From positions 1,939-65,938 of the forward strand of contig JAPLJQ010000408.1 in the NCBI GenBank assembly GCA_026388495.1: a stretch of DNA of 64,000 nt, written 5' to 3'. The notes under the pieces were generated by a model, which did not search any database, was not told the DNA's origin, and saw only the letters and a program-made list of their open reading frames with translations. A program made the position numbers and the translations under genes. Of this stretch, positions 38,111 to 46,590 are shown one piece after another. This DNA comes from Deltaproteobacteria bacterium. Lineage in GTDB: Bacteria; Desulfobacterota; Syntrophia; Syntrophales; UBA2185. Numbering within the stretch: the stretch's first letter is position 1; each line of letters starts with the position of its first letter.

Positions 38111-39901
38111 TCACGGATTTGCTAATGACATTAGACATTCCCTAAAGCGATTTATGCTAATTTTATCTGTTTTCTCAAAGTATTTTTCATGTAATTTTTG
38201 GCCATGATATACGAAACGGGCACGTCTCTCTTCACTAACAGTTTTATAGAACAGTATGTTTTTCAAAAGATCTTCAGCAGTATAGCAAATTTTTAGCATA
38301 TCATCTGGCACAGATGATATTGCCGGATTATGAGTCAACTCTGTAAGACTACCAACTATGATTACGGGAATTCCTTTAGATAGTGATTCTAAAACTACAC
38401 TTGAGGATGAAGAGACAAATACACAGGCATTTCTCAGGGCCGAGCTAAGATCGCCTTCATGATAATAAAATCTTTCTTTAATATTTTTAGAGTCAAGGTA
38501 TTCAAAGATTTCTTCACGATCAGAAGAAGGATGAAACTTTATGAGACACATAATTTCCTTATCAGATATTTTTATTGTTTCTTGAGCAATATTGAGAATT
38601 TCAAATGCCTTGTTTGTGACTAAAGGTAATGCAAACACTACATACTCTCTCTTATCTGCGTCATCATCAAGGACATCCCACAAATGTTGATATCCTAATG
38701 CTGGAACAACACATGTTTTTAGACCCTTATTGTAATACTTCACATATTCTTCTGCTTCCTTCCCAATAACTCCCACAACATCCGGTATTATACCTGCGGC
38801 ATCTTCCATTTTTGTCGGCTGCAAATGCATACCATATTCTGAGAAATATGGTACTTCATAACCAAAGATCGGGACAGACGGATATGCGCGGCGGAATCCC
38901 ATATTCTGCGCTTTATCCACAATCTGATTTTCGAACCAATCGATGATGCCTTGAATTTCTATTGAACATTCTTTTAATCTCTTTGGTAATCTATAATTGA
39001 GCAACGCATTGATACGTCCGTCAATATTTTCAAATAAGTGTTCATTCCATATTGATGAAATATCGATTGCACGAAAGGTAACACTTTTGCGTTTGAAAGT
39101 TACTATCCTAAATATATGACCGATAGACCATATGTAATCATAAAATCTCAAGAAATCTTCTCTAATGATAAAGGGCGGATCATTTTGCCGCATCAATCGA
39201 TAGGTCTTGGTAAAATCATGGATATCAATAAACGTAGGCAAATAAACCCAATCAGCCTTGATCAGATCCGTGAAATTGACATAATGCCTACTTTCAAAGT
39301 TCCCATCATTAAAACTATATGGAAAAACAAATTCATCAATGATCCATTCCCCCCCTTCCGAATTGAAGGTTAATTTAAGGTTGTGTGTCTTTTTGGCTGC
39401 TTGATGTTTCTTGAAGGCTTCGAATAATCCATAAACAATAGAACCCACCATTTTAATCTGTCGTTGCCCCATGATCAGGGACTTTACACACTCGTTTTTA
39501 TCAATTCTCGTTTTCCAAAGTTCAGTGATAGATATCTTTACCTGGATGCCAAGTGGAATTAACGATTTGATGACCTTGCCTAAGCCCCGGCTACAGCATA
39601 CAATCTCTGTAGGTAAATCTTCTTTGATAATTTCTCGCGCATACAAGGCATAACATACCTCCTGAAAAAAGAAATAGCCGAACGTATCGCGACTTGCTAT
39701 TGGAGTCACCCACCAATCAATATTATCTCTGAATAAAGCACTTATTTCATCAATAAAAAAGGTGAACTCGTCTTTTACTTCCTTGGCAAGGGCGTTAAAA
39801 TGATACGGATTGAACAATAGACGCTTTCCTGGGACTGAAGCATACTGTTGATGAACAAGATAGCTGGGATGCAGAATTAAAATGCTTGAGGGTTTTGTCA
39901 C
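38111..39901 (-). CDS. large hypothetical protein, putative GT-B-like transferase with HP motif
   Basis: 596 aa; no family recognised with certainty; C-terminal LIKFHPSSDREE...LSSALRNACVFVSSSSSVVLESLSKGIPVIIVG resembles the acceptor/CMP-sugar region of capsule and sialyl-type transferases; GTG start. Confidence 0.5.
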   Translation of the reverse strand: MTKPSSILILHPSYLVHQQYASVPGKRLLFNPYHFNALAKEVKDEFTFFIDEISALFRDNIDWWVTPIASRDTFGYFFFQEVCYALYAREIIKEDLPTEIVCCSRGLGKVIKSLIPLGIQVKISITELWKTRIDKNECVKSLIMGQRQIKMVGSIVYGLFEAFKKHQAAKKTHNLKLTFNSEGGEWIIDEFVFPYSFNDGNFESRHYVNFTDLIKADWVYLPTFIDIHDFTKTYRLMRQNDPPFIIREDFLRFYDYIWSIGHIFRIVTFKRKSVTFRAIDISSIWNEHLFENIDGRINALLNYRLPKRLKECSIEIQGIIDWFENQIVDKAQNMGFRRAYPSVPIFGYEVPYFSEYGMHLQPTKMEDAAGIIPDVVGVIGKEAEEYVKYYNKGLKTCVVPALGYQHLWDVLDDDADKREYVVFALPLVTNKAFEILNIAQETIKISDKEIMCLIKFHPSSDREEIFEYLDSKNIKERFYYHEGDLSSALRNACVFVSSSSSVVLESLSKGIPVIIVGSLTELTHNPAISSVPDDMLKICYTAEDLLKNILFYKTVSEERRARFVYHGQKLHEKYFEKTDKISINRFRECLMSLANP

Positions 39902-39903
39902 AA

Positions 39904-40668
39904 TTAAAAAAGCAAACTTATGGGCAAGCTAAGTTCCACCCTAATGTCATCGTTTCTAATATTAGGCGCCTTTTGTAAATAGAAAACAGCAAAAACTAAA
40001 TCATGATAGGGCGTCCTTGCTGTTTCCGATGGCTTTCCCCAATAGCCATAAGCACCAATTAAAAGTGGCTGAGGCAATAGATTTTTAAAAAGTTTAAACG
40101 CATCTCGTATATTAAATACCACGTAATTAGCTCGTTCTGGTTTTTCTTCATTACAAAAGAATTGTATATATTGGTAACTCCTATCTATGTCATTTAAACC
40201 TTCGCGGTCTGTCAGACGGAGAGATATTACTAAATGACCACCTTCGTTGACTCCATGCCAGCATGCCGCCACGATTTTTTCTGTTTCGATATTCCAATCC
40301 GCGCAACCTAGTGAAGCTACAATGTCATATTCGGATTGGGTATTGATATTTAAAATATCATCGTTAATCAGTGTTACCGGCTGTTCAAAATTAATGTTGC
40401 GTTTCGCGAAAGTAATTGCATCAGAATTGATATCTACCCCAGTATATGATTGGAAAGAATATTTTTCACCCAAAGCCTTACCAAGTCCACCACAGGCACA
40501 GCCAACATCTAAAATCTTTCCCAACGATTCTTTTTCGCCAGCGATTCTTTCAAAAACCCATTTTTCTGACTTATAGAGGTCGTCCCATCTTTGACGGTTG
40601 TTACCATAATATTCACTAATTTGGGAGGATTGATACACTATATTTTTTTTCGCTACTTTACTTGCCAT
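39904..40668 (-). CDS. class I SAM-dependent methyltransferase
   Basis: ILDVGCACGGLGKAL motif I; ATG at 40668 has GGGAGGA 7 nt upstream (the track start at 40719 would overlap the upstream gene by 22 nt). Confidence 0.8.
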   Translation of the reverse strand: MASKVAKKNIVYQSSQISEYYGNNRQRWDDLYKSEKWVFERIAGEKESLGKILDVGCACGGLGKALGEKYSFQSYTGVDINSDAITFAKRNINFEQPVTLINDDILNINTQSEYDIVASLGCADWNIETEKIVAACWHGVNEGGHLVISLRLTDREGLNDIDRSYQYIQFFCNEEKPERANYVVFNIRDAFKLFKNLLPQPLLIGAYGYWGKPSETARTPYHDLVFAVFYLQKAPNIRNDDIRVELSLPISLLF

Positions 40669-40697
40669 AAGATAGTCCTCCCAATCTATGTCTTTGT

Positions 40698-41633
40698 CTA
40701 TGGCAGAAAACGCCGACATAAGGCCTTTACCAAAAACATGAGGTTATCAAACCTTGACTCTGCCTTCGCCCACCGAAATACATGATTAATTCGTTCTCGA
40801 AAATCTTCTCCTTCGCCCGCGACAATTATTTCTAACATTTCGGCCTGGTCAATAGCATCGTATGCAAGACCTGGGGACTCCGCAGCAATATAAATTGCAA
40901 CGGCTTTCATCAACTCCTCACGTGCGGGACTGATTCCGATTTCCTTGAGTTTACTTAAGTGTGCTCGGTACCGTATTAGATCTGGTACATAAAGCGCCTT
41001 ACCCCAAATAGGCTCGCCGTCATAGTGTAGATGACTAACCTTGGAAGGTCGCGCGTTGTCGATTTGAAGATGGACAAGTCTAAAATCCCGAGTTCGAAGG
41101 AAAGCATCAATATCCGAGAAATAGCCCTGTCCAACCCACACAGGCACCAACTCGAACTCTACTTTAATAAGTTTTAGATTCCCCACCTCAAGCAGTGCGG
41201 AGGCGCCTTGTAGAACTTGATAATCGTGCCCCTCCACATTTATGTCAAGGGCATCGACCGCTTCGTAATGACCTGCTAAATGCTGATCCAATGAAGTACA
41301 GGCTACCTTAACTTCCTTTACGATCAACATGCTATCAAACCCGAAGCGATGGACAAAATCCGATACGGGCTTGTGGAAAGACGATGCACGCTCGTCACTC
41401 GCTACAAAGAAGGGAGCAGTTCCTGTTTCGTTCGAGATGCAAAGTGGAAGTTTTCCCTCATCGGAACGGGTCGGTTCGAAATCGCAGATCTTTAACCGAT
41501 CAGAGGGAAGATGTTTCCAAGGATGCTTCAGGTCACCGCCCGAACCTACATCTACAAAGCCAATATCTGACTCCACCTGATTCAATACATAACGACAGAA
41601 ATATCTTATCCTTTTTTCGGTGACAATTGCCAT
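40698..41633 (-). CDS. FkbM-family methyltransferase (tentative)
   Basis: 311 aa; FVDVGSGGD glycine-rich motif and INVEGHDYQVLQGA block typical of Methyltransf_21/FkbM. Confidence 0.55.
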   Translation of the reverse strand: MAIVTEKRIRYFCRYVLNQVESDIGFVDVGSGGDLKHPWKHLPSDRLKICDFEPTRSDEGKLPLCISNETGTAPFFVASDERASSFHKPVSDFVHRFGFDSMLIVKEVKVACTSLDQHLAGHYEAVDALDINVEGHDYQVLQGASALLEVGNLKLIKVEFELVPVWVGQGYFSDIDAFLRTRDFRLVHLQIDNARPSKVSHLHYDGEPIWGKALYVPDLIRYRAHLSKLKEIGISPAREELMKAVAIYIAAESPGLAYDAIDQAEMLEIIVAGEGEDFRERINHVFRWAKAESRFDNLMFLVKALCRRFLP

Positions 41634-41649
41634 ATCATGGGATTAAAGC

Positions 41650-42735
41650 TTATGAATTGAAATCAAAACGAGCAAAACTCTGCCAGAACTGCTTCATAAT
41701 TTCTGGCCCGGCCACGGTAACACGCAGATATTTTTTGAGAAAAGGTTGGCTAAAACCTGCGCCAACCAGGATATTGTCTTTTTTAAGCATCTCTGCGACT
41801 TCTGTGCAGCGCTCACCGCAGTCGATCAACACGAAATTGGCGTGGCCGGCCACGCAAGAAATCCCTCTGGCATCGAGTTTCTCAAGAAGCCATCTCTTTC
41901 CCTCGCCCACGGAGGCGAGCTGATCCCGCAGAATTTCCGGCCGGGCCAGAAGTGCCGTGGCCATAACCACCGCCAAACAGTTAACATCAAAGGTAGACTT
42001 GACCTTGCCCATGGCAGAAATCACCTCTGCATGGGCCAGAGCGTAACCGATACGCAGGCCCGCCAAACCGCTGAGCTTGGAAAACGTCCGCAGAATAACC
42101 ACGTTGTCAAACTCTGGAACCAAAGCCACAGCCGTCTCCTCCAAGTAATGGAAGTAGGCCTCGTCCACCACGAGGAGGCTGTCTTGTTTACGGCAGGCTA
42201 CGGCCAAACTCCTGATGGCGGTCTGTTCCAACTTCGATCCCGTTGGGTTGTTCGGATTTACCACTACCGCCAACTTTGGACGGGAGTGTTCAATGGCATG
42301 CCGGAAGGCATCAAAGGGAAAGGAAAGGTCATCGTTATACGGCACCGCGACCTCCCTAGCCCGAACAATTTTGGAATAGACCGGGTACATGGCAAACGTG
42401 GGGTCGGTGAGCAAAACATTATCGTCAACATCCACATAGGCCTCGAATAGGTGTTTGATAGCCGCATCAGAACCGTTAGACACCAAGACATTCTCCGGGG
42501 CAAGACCAAAGGAAGCGGCTATCATGGCGGTGATCTCGTCGTATTCCGGATAGGATGCAATGTTCTCTGGCTTGATGTTATCAAGCACCTCGCGAACAAA
42601 GGACTCCGGCAGTCCTTCCACACTTTCATTCATATCCAGGCGCAGGAAACCCTTTCGAGTGTGGGTTGTTGCCATGCCACGATACAGAGTTTTCAAGTGG
42701 TTTTTGGGTGATGAGTTGTTATGTCGGTAATCCAT
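41650..42735 (-). CDS. HisC/CobD-like class II PLP aminotransferase or decarboxylase
   Basis: 361 aa; LDMNESVEGLP, VNPNNPTGS, LRTFSKLSGLAGLRIGY (PLP lysine) as in histidinol-phosphate aminotransferase relatives. Confidence 0.85.
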   Translation of the reverse strand: MDYRHNNSSPKNHLKTLYRGMATTHTRKGFLRLDMNESVEGLPESFVREVLDNIKPENIASYPEYDEITAMIAASFGLAPENVLVSNGSDAAIKHLFEAYVDVDDNVLLTDPTFAMYPVYSKIVRAREVAVPYNDDLSFPFDAFRHAIEHSRPKLAVVVNPNNPTGSKLEQTAIRSLAVACRKQDSLLVVDEAYFHYLEETAVALVPEFDNVVILRTFSKLSGLAGLRIGYALAHAEVISAMGKVKSTFDVNCLAVVMATALLARPEILRDQLASVGEGKRWLLEKLDARGISCVAGHANFVLIDCGERCTEVAEMLKKDNILVGAGFSQPFLKKYLRVTVAGPEIMKQFWQSFARFDFNS

Positions 42736-42739
42736 ATAA

Positions 42740-43807
42740 TTACTCGTTTATTTGTATTTTTTTACCTGTTTGGCACGTCTGGCATGCTGCTTCAAGAAGC
42801 TTGAGGGACTTCAGGCTGTCAGCCGCCGGACAGGTTGAGGGCATGCCCTCCTGAATGGCGGCACGGAAGTTTTCCAGCAGGTAGATGTCCGCCGCGTCGT
42901 ACTGGGCGCGCACGGAACGATCCCGAACGTCGTAGGTGAGATCAATCGGTTCCTTTTTGCCTTTTTCATAGAACAAGAGCGGGGGCTCCATCCAGTCGGT
43001 GTTGTTGATAAGCGTACCGTTAGCCCCTTCGATGACCAGCGATTCCTGGGGCAAGGCACCGTTTTGAGATGAGATTGTGCCGGTGTAGGAAATGGCGACG
43101 CCGTTCTTTGTTTCCATGAAAAGGTTGTGACCCGTCGCGGAGCGGTACATGCTCCACGGCGGTTTGAAGCTCTGGCCGGCAATCGAAACAACCTCGTCTC
43201 CCAGAATGTAACGAAAGAGGTCGAAATGGTGGATGCCCATAGCGTAAAGGAGTGGAAAATCTTCTTCAAAAATGTATGCCGGATAATTAGGATTTTCACG
43301 GTTGCGCACGTAGCGGAAGATTATATGACCCACTGGGCCAAGGGCGCCTGAGGCGATGAAATCTCGGATGCGCCGTCCCACGTCTTTGTAACGCCAATTC
43401 TGTACCACAAGAGATACTTTACCCGCGGTCTCGATTTTTTTAACTATCTCTTCACCTTCTGCTATGTTGGCGACAAAAGGTTTTTCCACCATGAGATGGA
43501 GGTTCCGCTCGACGCCAAGGAGTAAATTCGTAGCGTGAAATTCAGCGGGTGTAGTCACAAGAAGGGCTTCAGGTTGGATGGCATCAAGCATGGTTTCCGG
43601 ACTTTTAAACGCCTTTTCCCGGGTGATGTAGCCGCGTTCGACAGCACGAGCAAGCGCTTCGTCAGCGACGTCTTGCACACCCACGAGCTCAAATGCCGGG
43701 TGGCGATGAATGAGGTCCATCCATCCGAACCAGTTGGATGTTTCTGGTTTCTTGGGAAGCGTCCTGTTGCCGGCGCCGCAAATGGCGATACGAATTATTT
43801 CGGCCAT
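42740..43807 (-). CDS. Gfo/Idh/MocA family oxidoreductase
   Basis: 355 aa; N-terminal IRIAICGAGN Rossmann, MVEKPF (EKP motif). Confidence 0.8.
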   Translation of the reverse strand: MAEIIRIAICGAGNRTLPKKPETSNWFGWMDLIHRHPAFELVGVQDVADEALARAVERGYITREKAFKSPETMLDAIQPEALLVTTPAEFHATNLLLGVERNLHLMVEKPFVANIAEGEEIVKKIETAGKVSLVVQNWRYKDVGRRIRDFIASGALGPVGHIIFRYVRNRENPNYPAYIFEEDFPLLYAMGIHHFDLFRYILGDEVVSIAGQSFKPPWSMYRSATGHNLFMETKNGVAISYTGTISSQNGALPQESLVIEGANGTLINNTDWMEPPLLFYEKGKKEPIDLTYDVRDRSVRAQYDAADIYLLENFRAAIQEGMPSTCPAADSLKSLKLLEAACQTCQTGKKIQINE

Positions 43808-43816
43808 GTTTCCTCT

Positions 43817-44752
43817 CTATCCTACGACGGCCCAGAGACGGTCCCCGTATCCGTGATTGTACAGGAAAGTCTTATACACTTCGTTGATATCGCGCCAGAG
43901 CTGTTCCCAGTCTGTGTGCGGTACACCAAGAGCGAGGTCAACGCCAGGCACGCCACGGCGGGCGGCGAGCGTGTCGGCAGGCTTTCGTGTGTATGCCCAA
44001 TTCAGATGGTTGGCCAGAGGATACTCCTGAAGCACTTGCACCTCGCCTGCGAGGCCACACTGGGCGAAAAGGTCGTTCATGGTCTTCTGGTTGTAGTAGT
44101 ACAGGTGTTCAATGCAGTAATAGAACGTACGGAATTCGGGGATGTCGAATAAGTTGACCAGCGGGTCCTGAATATTGGGTACGAGGATGACCATCTTGCC
44201 GCCGGGCTTGAGGAACTTCCGCAGATACGCAAGAAAGCTCTTAGGGTCGGCGATATGTTCGAGAACGTATATCATGGTGATGTAGTCGAATGACCCTTCC
44301 CCAAAGCGCTGGTTGAGTTCAATGTTGTCCACATTGAGTCCTAACACGTCACGAGCAAACTCCACTTCCTTTACATTGAGATCGTGCCCGTATACTTCGG
44401 CGCACTTGTCCTTGATAAGCTCAATGAAGTGGCCGGTGGAGCAGCCAACATCAAGCACCTTTTCCTTGCCGGTGAGCAGCGCACGAAACCGTTCCGCCCA
44501 AGGTGCAGTGGCCCTGAGCATCTTGTCGTAGTAGGACTTGGGATCAAAGGAGGCGGGCTCGACGTGGGTTAGGTAGGTCTGATGATATTCGGCTTCGTAA
44601 AAGTCCTTTGGGTACTGGAATGAATCCTGATCCAAGAAATTTAATGTACACGTATTACAGCGATCTACATTCGCTTTTAGGCCAAACCTCACTTCAGAGG
44701 TAACCTTACTTATGTCCAGGGCACCACATAAGGGACATTTAACTTTTTCCAC
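43817..44752 (-). CDS. class I SAM-dependent methyltransferase with N-terminal zinc ribbon
   Basis: CPLCG...CNTC then VLDVGCSTGHFI; the track start is TTG at 44773; GTG at 44752 has GAAGGAGA 7 nt upstream. Confidence 0.8.
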   Translation of the reverse strand: MEKVKCPLCGALDISKVTSEVRFGLKANVDRCNTCTLNFLDQDSFQYPKDFYEAEYHQTYLTHVEPASFDPKSYYDKMLRATAPWAERFRALLTGKEKVLDVGCSTGHFIELIKDKCAEVYGHDLNVKEVEFARDVLGLNVDNIELNQRFGEGSFDYITMIYVLEHIADPKSFLAYLRKFLKPGGKMVILVPNIQDPLVNLFDIPEFRTFYYCIEHLYYYNQKTMNDLFAQCGLAGEVQVLQEYPLANHLNWAYTRKPADTLAARRGVPGVDLALGVPHTDWEQLWRDINEVYKTFLYNHGYGDRLWAVVG

Positions 44753-45692
44753 TATTCCATCTCCTTCTCTCAAATTCTACAGTTTTCTTGATTCCTATTT
44801 TTAGATCAATTTCAGGATTCCAATTCAGATCTTCGGATATTCTTGAGATATCGCAGACCATACCGGTTTGATCACCGGGCGTCCCACAATCATAGACAAT
44901 TGGATATTGAGGTATATCAAATGCACTGACCAGTTCCTTTAAAATATCTTCAACTAATGATTTTTCCCCGCTCGCAAGATTGTATATTTTTCCATAAGCC
45001 TCAGCCGCTTTCTGAGCCTTCATCCAAGCATTGATCACGTCATCAATATATATGAAATCTCTGAATCGAGTAGGCAAACCTTTTACAACAATTGGGCTAT
45101 TTCCCAGCATGTACGAAAGGTATATACTTACCATGCCTTGATTTTTGTTTTCCAAGTTTTGACCGGGGCCATAAACATTCGGCATTCTCAATATGGTCGT
45201 ATTGACGCCCAATGAATTAAATAAATTGACATACGCCTCTGACGCTATTTTCCCGGCTGCATAATATGTTTTTGGATTCTTAGGATGATTCTCATCAACT
45301 GGTAAATAGAGCGGATCACCATAAACCGTTGCTGAACTGGCATAGAGAAACCTATTGACTTTAAATTTAAGGCAATATTGTAATAAATTGAATGTACTGT
45401 AGATATGACTTCTTAAATCTGCATGTGGATCCACAAAAGAGAGTGCTCCTGAAGACTGCGCTGCCAAATGAAAGATTGCATCTAAATGAAGATCTTGAAG
45501 TTCATCAAGGCTATTTGTCAGGCTTAAATCCAATTCAATAAATTCGGCAGCCTCAGGAATATTACTCCGTCGACCGGTAGATAGATTATCAATAACAAAT
45601 ACATGGTATCCTGCTTGGATTAACTTCTTGGCCAAATGTGATCCTATAAAACCAGCACCACCTGTTACAAGTACCCTACCTTTTTCTGTCAT
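44739..45692 (-). CDS. NAD-dependent epimerase/dehydratase (UDP-sugar epimerase/decarboxylase-like SDR)
   Basis: 317 aa; VLVTGGAGFIGSHLAKKL; YAAGKIASE (YxxxK). Confidence 0.85.
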   Translation of the reverse strand: MTEKGRVLVTGGAGFIGSHLAKKLIQAGYHVFVIDNLSTGRRSNIPEAAEFIELDLSLTNSLDELQDLHLDAIFHLAAQSSGALSFVDPHADLRSHIYSTFNLLQYCLKFKVNRFLYASSATVYGDPLYLPVDENHPKNPKTYYAAGKIASEAYVNLFNSLGVNTTILRMPNVYGPGQNLENKNQGMVSIYLSYMLGNSPIVVKGLPTRFRDFIYIDDVINAWMKAQKAAEAYGKIYNLASGEKSLVEDILKELVSAFDIPQYPIVYDCGTPGDQTGMVCDISRISEDLNWNPEIDLKIGIKKTVEFERRRWNSGKS

Positions 45693-45728
45693 TTGTTAAA
45701 CTCCATCATTCGAAACGATTTTAGAGTA

Positions 45729-46508
45729 TTATGCTCGTTCATATGGTGTCCTATTTTCCGTGAAACCGTTTTTAATAAGCCAATATTCAACTCCCGGAAT
45801 CTGGCCTTCATAATCAACATCACACCCACCCCATTGCTTTAATGGATAAATCTTTTGCCCCATCCATTTTTGGGGCAACAAACCCCTTTCAAGATGTTCA
45901 AGGCAACTTGGTCTTACGATAGAGACGCCCATGTCTGCAAACCACACATCCCCTTGAGAATCCCGATCGCAATTCAATGTTGCCGGGTCGCCAAAGACTT
46001 CAAAGGGCACAAAGGGGTGCAATAGCCCGTCATCGCCAATCTTTCTCGCTCTCAATGGGCTCCACATGTTGTAACTAGAAGCGGTGACGGCCGAATCGTA
46101 CTCTTGGTTCTCCCGTAGTATTTCTATCCCCCTGTCGATCGTATCAGCCAGGATCGTAGCCGCGTTACAGAAAAGCAGCACCATTAACTCTATCTCTTCT
46201 CTTTTGAGCTTTGAGCTTTGAGCTTTCAGCTTCTCACTTATCACACGATAGCCGTGGACGTAGGCATGTTCTCCAAGGGCCGTTTTAGATGCAAGTTCGG
46301 GCGGGCGCACGATTATTTCCGCACCGCAACGTCGTCCAATGTCCATGATTTGTTCATCATCTGTGGATACGTAAACGCTATCCACTTTTTTTGCGGAAAC
46401 TGCGGCCAACAAAGGATATTCCATCAATGGACGCCCCAGAATCGGATACAGATTCTTCCCCGGGAATCCGACACTCCCCTTTCGTCCCAATAACAAGGCT
46501 GCTATCAT
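45729..46508 (-). CDS. cytidylyltransferase (acylneuraminate cytidylyltransferase/CTP_transf_3 family)
   Basis: 259 aa; MIAALLLGRKGSVGFPGKNLYPILGRPLMEYPLLAA N-terminal signature. Confidence 0.8.
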   Translation of the reverse strand: MIAALLLGRKGSVGFPGKNLYPILGRPLMEYPLLAAVSAKKVDSVYVSTDDEQIMDIGRRCGAEIIVRPPELASKTALGEHAYVHGYRVISEKLKAQSSKLKREEIELMVLLFCNAATILADTIDRGIEILRENQEYDSAVTASSYNMWSPLRARKIGDDGLLHPFVPFEVFGDPATLNCDRDSQGDVWFADMGVSIVRPSCLEHLERGLLPQKWMGQKIYPLKQWGGCDVDYEGQIPGVEYWLIKNGFTENRTPYERA

Positions 46509-46590
46509 TTTTTTCTCCCTTCAACTGCTCAGTCCCATAATGTTTACCGGTTCAATTATATTAGCCTATTGATTATCTTTGCAACGACGA

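Noticed and set aside
41746-42450. 234-aa plus-strand ORF antisense to the HisC-like gene
   Set aside because: It lies in the local GC-rich block, opposite a frame with clear PLP-enzyme motifs. It is an antisense artefact.
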